From NCBI GenBank assembly GCA_964559435.1, contig CAZLHI010000014.1, positions 1,178-65,177 on the forward strand: a stretch of DNA of 64,000 nt, read 5' to 3'. Origin of the DNA: an uncultured bacterium. GTDB taxonomy: Bacteria > Armatimonadota > Hebobacteria > Hebobacterales > Hebobacteraceae. Positions 56,942-64,000 of the stretch are shown here, piece after piece (positions within the stretch are counted from its first letter, which is position 1; each line of letters begins with the position of its first letter). The position numbers and the translations under genes were made by a program. The notes beneath the pieces are model-generated. The model had not been told where the DNA came from. It saw only the letters and a program-made list of their open reading frames with translations, and searched no databases.

Positions 56942-58501
56942 ATGGCCGAGACGACTCGCCCCGACTTGGTCCTCATGCACCCGCCCGCGGTGTTCGACTT
57001 CCGCGAGCGGCCTCTCAACCACTGGCTTCTCAGCAAGGCCGTGGACACGAACCCGGTCTTCGAGTACTACCCGGTGGGCTTCATCTCGACGCTCGACTAC
57101 CTCGAAGAACGCGGCCGCCACGTGCGCCTGGCCAACCTTGCCGTGAAGATGCAGAGCCGCCGCTTCGACCCTCGCCGCTTCGTCCGAGACTACGAGCCAT
57201 TGCTGTTCGGTATCGATCTGCACTGGGTCCACCATGCCGATGGCGCGCTGAATCTCGCCCGCCTCTGCAAGGAGGAGCATCCAGAGACCCCCGTGGCGCT
57301 CGGCGGCATCTCATCGACCTACTTCTGGAAGGAGCTCATCCAGAATCCCGACATCGACTTCATCCTTCGCGGCGAGACGACCGAGGAGCCACTGGCCCAA
57401 CTGCTCGACTGTCTCGAGCAGCAGATAGAGCCGGCCGCGGTCCCGAACCTGATCTGGCAGCGCGGCGGCCAGGTCGTCGAGAATCCCTTCACCCACCGTC
57501 CCGCCACCCTCACCACCCGCATCAACTACGAGCGGCTGTACGCCCACTGGCGTCGCACCCGCGACCTCAAGGGAAGCCTTCTCACCGGCCAGCACTGGTA
57601 TCTCTACTGTTTCAACCTTCTGCTCTTCTGCAAGGGCTGTGTGGAGAATTGCGCCATCTGCGGCGGCTCCAACTGGGCCTTGGGGCTGGAGGAGACTCCG
57701 CTCTGGGATGTGGACGTGCTGGCCGACATGTGCGTGACTGCTCGGACGCGGACGAGGTCCCCCATTCGGCTGCCGGGCGACATACGTCAGGGCAACTGGC
57801 GCGGCTTTCTCGGCGCGCTGAAGCAGCGGAAGTTCAGCGGCGCCATGCACTTCGACATCTTCCGCCCAACGGACCGGGAGTTCTGCGAAGCGCTTGCAGA
57901 TGCCGTGCCTGAGCCCGAGGGCGGCATCGGACCCGTCACGCACGACGAGAAGCTGCGGGAGCTGTACGGCCTGCCGTACGACAACGAATCACTGGAGCGC
58001 AGCATCGAGGATCTAATAGACGTCGGCGGAAGAGCCGATCTGTTCTTCTACATCGGCCTGCCGGGGCAGACGGAAGAGAGTGCCAAGGAGACCACGGACT
58101 ACTGCCTCCAGCTTCTCGAGCGCTACGCGACCCGCGGCCGGCGGAGCAAGTTCGACGCATATGTGTGCTGCCTGGCGCCCTTCATCGACCCGGGCAGCCT
58201 CGCCTTCACCTACCCAGAGAAGTACGGCTACCGCCTGCGGGCCCGGACGGTGTCCGAGCACCGAGCGTTGATGCGGCAGCCGGAGTGGTGGGATGCGCTG
58301 AACTACGAGTCGAACGCAATGAGCCGCTTCGACCTCGCCCAGGCCACCATCGAGGCCGAAGCCCGAGTCACGCAGGCCCGCGCCGACCTCGGCCTGGCCT
58401 CCCGCCGTCACGCGAAGCGTGACCTGAAACGACTGGAGGAAGAAGCCGCAAGGCTGGAGGATTCCTTACTCGCGGGCGGCGGCTCTGCTGAATCTGGCTA
58501 A
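56942..58501 (+). CDS. B12-binding domain-containing radical SAM protein
   Basis: N-terminal cobalamin-binding Rossmann-like region (DLVLMHPP…, ETPVALGGI), then radical SAM CxxxCxxC in CVENCAIC. 519 aa. Confidence 0.85.
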   Translation: MAETTRPDLVLMHPPAVFDFRERPLNHWLLSKAVDTNPVFEYYPVGFISTLDYLEERGRHVRLANLAVKMQSRRFDPRRFVRDYEPLLFGIDLHWVHHADGALNLARLCKEEHPETPVALGGISSTYFWKELIQNPDIDFILRGETTEEPLAQLLDCLEQQIEPAAVPNLIWQRGGQVVENPFTHRPATLTTRINYERLYAHWRRTRDLKGSLLTGQHWYLYCFNLLLFCKGCVENCAICGGSNWALGLEETPLWDVDVLADMCVTARTRTRSPIRLPGDIRQGNWRGFLGALKQRKFSGAMHFDIFRPTDREFCEALADAVPEPEGGIGPVTHDEKLRELYGLPYDNESLERSIEDLIDVGGRADLFFYIGLPGQTEESAKETTDYCLQLLERYATRGRRSKFDAYVCCLAPFIDPGSLAFTYPEKYGYRLRARTVSEHRALMRQPEWWDALNYESNAMSRFDLAQATIEAEARVTQARADLGLASRRHAKRDLKRLEEEAARLEDSLLAGGGSAESG

Positions 58502-58604
58502 AGCGATCCTGCCATTCCGCGATGGCGGGCAGATCGGCCTCTTGAGCCGTAAGGAGTTCGCAGTAACCCCTTTACTCGGGGCCGTGTTCCCACTAGAATA
58601 ATCG

Positions 58605-58712
58605 ATGACGTACCGCTAGGGGTGCCAGATACGTCTGGCTGAGAGAGGCAGCACCACGCTGCTTCAACCCTTGGAACCTGATCCGGGTAGTACCGGCGTA
58701 GGGAACGCGGCC
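58605..58712 (+). ncRNA. TPP riboswitch (THI element) controlling thi4
   Basis: CTAGGGGTGCC…GCTGAGAG…ACCCTTGGAACCTGATCCGGGTAGTACCGGCGTAGGGAA contains all conserved THI-box blocks. A GC-rich hairpin overlapping the GAGGAGG RBS follows. Boundaries are approximate (±5 nt). Confidence 0.85.
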
Positions 58713-58831
58713 TCAGCTTTCTCCCGCCGAGCACCGCAGCGGACTTGCGGCTGCGGCTCCGTTCCAAGCACCCCTTGCATACACTGACCGTCCGCGGGCG
58801 CGGCCCGCGCGCGGACGAGAGGAGGTGCCTC

Positions 58832-59638
58832 ATGTCATCTGAGGCTGAACCGCTGTTCAGCAAGGTCGCGGAGAGCGACATCACCCGGGCCATTGCCAGG
58901 GAGTTCGCAGCCCAGTTCGACGAGTACGTCGAAAGCGACGTTCTGATCGCCGGGGGCGGACCCAGCGGCCTCATGTGCGGCAAGGTCCTCGCCGAGCACG
59001 GCGCGAAGGTGCTCATCGTCGAGCGGAACAACTTCCTGGGTGGCGGCTTCTGGCTCGGCGGCTATCTGATGAACAAGGCCGTCTTCCGAGCGCCCTCGAA
59101 CGAGATCCTCGACCAAATCGGCGTACCCTACACGACGCCGTCGGAGGGTCTGCACGTAGCCGACGCGCCTCATGCCTGCGCGAAGCTCATTGGGGCTGCC
59201 TGTGACGCGGGCGTCAAGATCCAGAACATGACGTGCGTCGAGGACATCGTCATGCGAGAGGGCCACCGCGTCGCCGGCCTCGTCATCAACTGGACTCCCG
59301 TTGAGTCGCTCCCGCGCCAGATCACCTGTGTCGATCCCATCGCCATTGAGGCGAAGGTGGTGGTTGACGCCACCGGTCACGAGGCCGCCATCGTCAAGCT
59401 ACTGGAGAGGCAGGGCCTGGCCGAGGTCAAGGGGTGCGGGCCGATGTGGGTCGAGCGCTCCGAAGACGAAGTGGTCGAGCACACCGGGGTCGTCCACCCC
59501 GGGCTAGTCGCGGTCGGCATGTCTGTCTCGGCCGTCCACGGCCTGCCCCGGATGGGACCCTCCTTCGGGGCCATGCTCGTGTCAGGAGCGCGGGGGGCCG
59601 AGACTATCCTCGACATGTTTGGGACTTGGAGCGGCTAG
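58832..59638 (+). CDS. thi4: thiazole synthase, Thi4 family (sulfide-dependent archaeal/bacterial type)
   Basis: ATG 58832 follows GAGGAGGTG. The dinucleotide-binding segment VLIAGGGPSGLMCGKVLAEHGAKVLIVER and the conserved VDATGHEA block are present. Confidence 0.9.
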   Translation: MSSEAEPLFSKVAESDITRAIAREFAAQFDEYVESDVLIAGGGPSGLMCGKVLAEHGAKVLIVERNNFLGGGFWLGGYLMNKAVFRAPSNEILDQIGVPYTTPSEGLHVADAPHACAKLIGAACDAGVKIQNMTCVEDIVMREGHRVAGLVINWTPVESLPRQITCVDPIAIEAKVVVDATGHEAAIVKLLERQGLAEVKGCGPMWVERSEDEVVEHTGVVHPGLVAVGMSVSAVHGLPRMGPSFGAMLVSGARGAETILDMFGTWSG

Positions 59639-62600
59639 TCCTCACGTGCGTGTCCGAGCTGTCGTCCTCGCCACATCATGTAGATAGCGGGGATAACGGC
59701 CAGAGTGAGAATCGTCGAAGACACCATCCCGCCGATCATGGGGGCTGCGATTCGCTTCATCACATCCGCCCCGGTCCCGACGCTCCACATGATCGGCATG
59801 AGACCGAGCATCGTGGAGAGGACCGTCATCATCTTCGGGCGCACGCGCTGCACGGCCCCCTCCATCACCGCCTCCTCGAGGTCGCCCATCGTGTCCATCT
59901 TGCCCTCGGTGCGAGCATTCGCATAGGCCTCGTCGAGGTATACGATCATGACCACGCCCGTCTCAGCTGCGACGCCGGCCAGGGCGATGACGCCCACCCA
60001 GACCGCGGTGCTCAAGTTGTAGTTGAGAATGTGCAGCAGCCAGAAGCTTCCCACTGCTGCGAATGGGACCGAGAGAAGCACGATTCCCGTCTCAACGGCC
60101 GATCCGAAGTTCATGAAAAGCAGCACCGTGATGATCACGAGCGTCAGCGGAAGCACCAGCCGAAGTCGCTTCGCGATCCGCTGCATGGCCTCGTACTCGC
60201 CCGTCCATATGGGGTAGTAGCCCGGAGGGAACTCCACCTCGCGGCTCACGGCCGACTGTGCGTCCGCTACATAGCTGCCGATGTCTCGGTCCCGCACGTA
60301 GACGAACACCCATCCGGTTAGCGAGCCGTTCTCATCCCGGATGACGGGAGGCCCGGTGGTCAGTCGAATATCTGCAAGCTGCGCAAGCGGGACCTGCGCG
60401 CCCGACGACGTTGCCACAAGCACGCGCATCAATTCATCGACGTTGTCGCGGAGCTCTCGAGGGTAGCGCACGTTGATGCTGTAGCGTTCTCGCCCCTCGA
60501 TCGTCTGATCGATGTTCATCCCGCCGATGGCGGTGCGCACAATATCGAGCACGTCTTCGACGCCAAGCCCGTACCTGGCCGCGTCCCGCCGTCGCGGAAT
60601 GATGTCCACGAACGATCCGCCGGTGACCCTCTCCGCGTAGACGTCCTCCGTCCCGCGGACTGTCCGGAGCGCGCTCTCGATCTGCTCGCCGATGCCCTCG
60701 ATGGTCGCCAGGTCCGGGCCGAAGATCTTGATTCCGACCGGAGAACGTATCCCCGTTGTCAGCATGTCGATCCGAGTCTTGATGGGCCATTGCAGCCCGC
60801 CCTTCGTGACCCCTGGCAGATAGAGAGCGTGTTGCATCTCCTTCAGCAGCTTCTTCCACGTCATGCCGGGCCGCCATTCGGACTCGCGTTTGATCAGGAC
60901 AGTGGTCTCGACCATGCTGAGAGGGGCAGGGTCCGTCGCAGTCTCGGCCCGACCTATCTTGCCGAACACCCGCTCGACTTCCGGGAATGTCCGGAAGATC
61001 CGGTCTTGAAGCTGCAGAAGCTTGCCCGCCTCTGTGGTCGAAATGCCCGGCACCGTGACCGGCATGTAGAGGATGTCTCCCTCGTTCAGCTCGGGCATGA
61101 ACTCCCGCCCCAGCGCCAGATAGCCGGGATAGGCGAACGCGGCGATGGTCGCCAGAAGGACCAGGCCCGCGAGGCACACCGTGGCCACCCGATGATCCAG
61201 CACAGACCGCACGACCGGATGGTACAGCCGGATCAGGAGCCGGCTGATTGGGTTCTGGCCCTCGGGGCGGATTCTCCCGCGGATCAGCCAGACCATGAGG
61301 ATCGGAACGAGCGTGACGGACACGAAGGCCGCGAAGAACATCGAGAAGGTCTTCGTGAAGGCAAGCGGCTTGAACAGCCTCCCCTCTTGGGCCTCCAGCG
61401 TGAACACCGGCAGGAACGACACGGTGATCACGAGCAGCGAGAAGAAGAGCGGCTTGCCCATCTGCTGCGCGGCCCGCACGATCACCTGGAAGCGATCCTC
61501 CCGGCCCGCCGCCCGCTCGAGCTGCTTGTGAGCATTCTCGATCATCACTATCGCCGCGTCGACCATGGCCCCGATGGCGATTGCGATCCCGCCCAGCGAC
61601 ATGATGTTCGAGGTCAGCCGCAGGTAGTACATCGGCACGAAGGACAGCACGACCGCGGTCGGCAGCATGATGACGGCGACGATTGCGCTGCGGAAGTGGA
61701 ACAGGAAGATGATGCACACGAGGCTGACGATGACGATCTCCTCGATGAGCTTCTCCCGCAGCGTGTCGATTGAGGCCTCGATCAGTTCGGATCGGTCATA
61801 GACCGTCACAATCTCGGTCCCCTCGGGAAGAGCGGGGCGGACTTCGTTGATTCTGTCCTTGACGCGGTTGATGACGCCGAGGGCGTTCTCTCCGTACCGC
61901 ATCACGACGATGCCGCCCACGGCCTCGCCCTCGCCGTCTAGCTCCGCGATCCCGCGACGCAGATCGGGCCCCTCCTGCACGCGCGCAACGTCGCGCAGCA
62001 GAATCGGCGTGCCTTCTCCGTGCGTGCCAAGGGGAATCGATTCGAGGTCGGAAAGCGATTGGAGATAACCCCGGCCGCGCACGAAGTATTCGCGCCCGGA
62101 GAACTCAATCGTGCGGCCGCCCACGTCGTTGTTTCCGGCTCTGATCGCCGCGACTACTCTCTTGAGAGGTATCCTGTAAGCGAGGAGCTTGTTGGGGTCC
62201 ACCGTCACCTGGTACTGCTTCTCGAATCCCCCGACCGATGCCACCTCGGACACGCCGGGCACGCTCTCCAGCCAGTACTTGAGATACCAGTCTTGAAAGG
62301 TCCGCAAAGCCGCAAGGTCCAGCCCGGATTCGACGTGCCGCTGTCGGTCCTCATATTTGGCTGGGGCCGCATCGAAGGCCGCCATGCAGTCTGCGGAATC
62401 GAAGTAGAAGACCTTGCCCTGGTAGACTCGCTCCCAGTCCGACTGCCTGGACGTAACCTTGCCGTCTACGGGGCAGACAGGCTTCTCGGCAAGCGCGTAC
62501 TGGTACACCCATCCCACGCCGGTTGCGTCAGGACCGAGTGTAGGCGTGACTCCTTCCGGCAGCTCGCCCCTCACCTCGCTGAGATACTCGAGCACCCGGC

Positions 62601-62922
62601 TCCGGGCCCAATACATATCCGTGCCGTCGCGGAATATCACATACACGAAGGAAAGGCCGAAGAACGACTGTCCCCGTACTACCTTGACTCGCGGGGCTCC
62701 CAGCAGGCTTGTCACGATGGGGTAGGTGATCTGGTCCTCGACGAGGTCGGGGCTCCTCCCGGGCCACTCCGTCAAGATGATCACCTGCACATCCGAAAGG
62801 TCGGGAATGGCATCCAAGGGCACGTTGAGAATCGCCCATATGCCCCAGCCCACCGCGAACGCCGCCAGCAGCACAATCAGAAAGCGATTGCCGACACAGC
62901 AGCTTATAAGTCGCTCAATCAA
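59635..62922 (-). CDS. cusA: CusA/CzcA-family heavy-metal efflux RND transporter with YHS-like periplasmic insertion
   Basis: Collinear with CusA over 1095 aa (…PLDAIPDLSDVQVIILTEWPGRSP…). Residues about 147-197 (KPVCPVDGKV…YQGKVFYFDSADCMAAFDAAPAKYED) are an insertion matching the YHS-domain pattern. Confidence 0.9.
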   Translation of the reverse strand: MIERLISCCVGNRFLIVLLAAFAVGWGIWAILNVPLDAIPDLSDVQVIILTEWPGRSPDLVEDQITYPIVTSLLGAPRVKVVRGQSFFGLSFVYVIFRDGTDMYWARSRVLEYLSEVRGELPEGVTPTLGPDATGVGWVYQYALAEKPVCPVDGKVTSRQSDWERVYQGKVFYFDSADCMAAFDAAPAKYEDRQRHVESGLDLAALRTFQDWYLKYWLESVPGVSEVASVGGFEKQYQVTVDPNKLLAYRIPLKRVVAAIRAGNNDVGGRTIEFSGREYFVRGRGYLQSLSDLESIPLGTHGEGTPILLRDVARVQEGPDLRRGIAELDGEGEAVGGIVVMRYGENALGVINRVKDRINEVRPALPEGTEIVTVYDRSELIEASIDTLREKLIEEIVIVSLVCIIFLFHFRSAIVAVIMLPTAVVLSFVPMYYLRLTSNIMSLGGIAIAIGAMVDAAIVMIENAHKQLERAAGREDRFQVIVRAAQQMGKPLFFSLLVITVSFLPVFTLEAQEGRLFKPLAFTKTFSMFFAAFVSVTLVPILMVWLIRGRIRPEGQNPISRLLIRLYHPVVRSVLDHRVATVCLAGLVLLATIAAFAYPGYLALGREFMPELNEGDILYMPVTVPGISTTEAGKLLQLQDRIFRTFPEVERVFGKIGRAETATDPAPLSMVETTVLIKRESEWRPGMTWKKLLKEMQHALYLPGVTKGGLQWPIKTRIDMLTTGIRSPVGIKIFGPDLATIEGIGEQIESALRTVRGTEDVYAERVTGGSFVDIIPRRRDAARYGLGVEDVLDIVRTAIGGMNIDQTIEGRERYSINVRYPRELRDNVDELMRVLVATSSGAQVPLAQLADIRLTTGPPVIRDENGSLTGWVFVYVRDRDIGSYVADAQSAVSREVEFPPGYYPIWTGEYEAMQRIAKRLRLVLPLTLVIITVLLFMNFGSAVETGIVLLSVPFAAVGSFWLLHILNYNLSTAVWVGVIALAGVAAETGVVMIVYLDEAYANARTEGKMDTMGDLEEAVMEGAVQRVRPKMMTVLSTMLGLMPIMWSVGTGADVMKRIAAPMIGGMVSSTILTLAVIPAIYMMWRGRQLGHARED

Positions 62923-62940
62923 AAGGAGAGCCCTTGTGAC

Positions 62941-64000
62941 CTAGCGCGCGTGGGCATCGTCATCGCCGTCGGTTCTTGCGCCGATGGCCGCCTGGAAACG
63001 GCTCTCCGAGTCGATGAGGAAATTCGGGCTCGCCACGACCTGCTCGCCCTCCGCCAGTCCGCTCAGCACCGGCCGGAAGCCGGCCACCCGCGCCCCGAGC
63101 TTCACTTCCCGCGGTACGAACGTCCCCTCACCCTCCTTGACAAAGACGACCTGGCGCGTGCCCGAGTCCAGGACAGCCTCTTCCGGAATCGCCAGGGCCT
63201 CCAGCGCGGGAGCCGCTATCGTTATGTCGCCGTACATGCCCGGCTTGAGGGCCAGCCCGGGGTTGTCGAACTCCAGTCGAGCCTTGAGCGTCCGGGTTGC
63301 TTTGTCCAGGGTCGGGTACAAGTAGGTTACACGTCCGGAGAACTCGCGACCGGGATGAGCCACGGTGGTGAGTGTGGCCTCCATCCCCTCCCTGACAAGG
63401 GATGCTTCGTGCTCGTAGATGTCCCCCTCGACCCAGACCTGAGACAGGTCGGCCACTCTGAAGAGGACCATGGCGGGGGTAACACGCATCCCCTCGACTA
63501 CGTGCTTGTCGAGTATGTAGCCCGTGGTCGGCGAGTACAGTGTCAGCGCTTCTCTCACTTCGCCGGTGCGCTCCAGGCGCTCGATCTCCTCCTCGGATAT
63601 GTCCCAGAGCTGCAGGCGTCGGCGGGAGGCATCAGCCATGGATTCGCCGCTGCGGCGCACCTCGGGGAATGGGCTGTCCTTCAGGCGCTCGCGCGACCGA
63701 AGGGCGAGCAAGTACTCCTCTTGTGTGCTCACCAATTCAGGGCTGTAGATGGTCAGCAGGGGTTCTCCCTTTCGCACGATCGTGCCTGTCTCTTCCGCGT
63801 ACAGCTTCTCGACCCACCCCTCGACTTTCGTGTGGATGTCAGATAACAGACGTTCGCTGACGATCACGGAGCCGACCGCGCGCACGTCGGCGAGAAGCCG
63901 CCGTCGTTCTACCGCCGTCGTCGCGACACCGATGAGCTGCTGCTTCTCAGGCGAGATCTCGACGACCCCGTGCCCGGCGACGCGGCTCTCGGCGGCTGGC
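62941..64000 (-). CDS. cusB: efflux RND periplasmic adaptor subunit, CusB-like (5' end beyond the window)
   Basis: The frame stays open upstream of the track start to the window edge (…EISPEKQQLIGVATTAVERRRLLADVRAVGSV…). MFP β-barrel and lipoyl-like segments are present. The stop is 19 nt before cusA. Confidence 0.85.
   Translation of the reverse strand, partial: PAAESRVAGHGVVEISPEKQQLIGVATTAVERRRLLADVRAVGSVIVSERLLSDIHTKVEGWVEKLYAEETGTIVRKGEPLLTIYSPELVSTQEEYLLALRSRERLKDSPFPEVRRSGESMADASRRRLQLWDISEEEIERLERTGEVREALTLYSPTTGYILDKHVVEGMRVTPAMVLFRVADLSQVWVEGDIYEHEASLVREGMEATLTTVAHPGREFSGRVTYLYPTLDKATRTLKARLEFDNPGLALKPGMYGDITIAAPALEALAIPEEAVLDSGTRQVVFVKEGEGTFVPREVKLGARVAGFRPVLSGLAEGEQVVASPNFLIDSESRFQAAIGARTDGDDDAHAR

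Noticed and set aside
56857-57912. 351-aa ORF starting inside the tandem repeat and overlapping the radical SAM gene in another frame.
   Set aside because: The translation is Arg/Pro-rich with no domain, while the radical SAM frame has full-length family signatures.

Overview
This is a high-GC (about 65%) bacterial chromosomal segment carrying roughly 60 genes on both strands. It is mostly housekeeping and anaerobic metabolism.

Main content, in order:
- infA, then a sugar-phosphate isomerase with a Gfo/Idh/MocA oxidoreductase pair.
- A rhodanese protein with a degenerate MBL-like N-terminus, then a UbiA prenyltransferase and a DUF362 protein.
- clpP-clpX-lon, with tig nearby but inverted.
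- A tRNA-Gly / tRNA-Leu pair bracketing a lower-GC islet of about 3.3 kb. The islet holds a DNA methyltransferase, a PD-(D/E)xK-like nuclease candidate and a membrane protein.
- An Eis-like GNAT acetyltransferase, an EamA transporter, a nitroreductase and a DUF3795 protein.
- A pair of Fe-S proteins (TIM-barrel-like Cys-rich protein plus QueG-like protein), then two orphan response regulators (LuxR-type and CheY-like).
- MscS, a carbon-nitrogen hydrolase, moaA, an MFS transporter, plsC and an HtrA-like protease.
- A fixABCX (EtfBA-FixCX) cluster with a ferredoxin domain fused to EtfA, a DegT aminotransferase and uppP.
- A three-gene COG1900 / NIL-ferredoxin / COG2122 operon (sulfide-dependent homocysteine synthesis as described in methanogens), with a perfect 14-bp hairpin in its leader.
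- A DUF2225 zinc-ribbon protein, an ECF sigma factor with a PD40-repeat anti-sigma factor, a URO-D family protein, two tandem CooC-like Ni-insertion ATPases and a GlcD/GlcE-like FAD oxidase pair.
- A Trm112-fused methyltransferase, L-lactate dehydrogenase, a B12-binding radical SAM enzyme preceded by duplicated palindromic repeats, a TPP riboswitch driving thi4, and a cusA (with a YHS-like insertion) / cusB efflux pair truncated at the window edge.

The most interesting points for follow-up are the tRNA-flanked R-M-like islet, the bacterial COG1900 homocysteine operon with its leader hairpin, the Fe-S gene pair of unknown function, the tandem CooC genes without a CODH, a missed 52-aa nine-cysteine ORF, and the repeat block upstream of the radical SAM gene.
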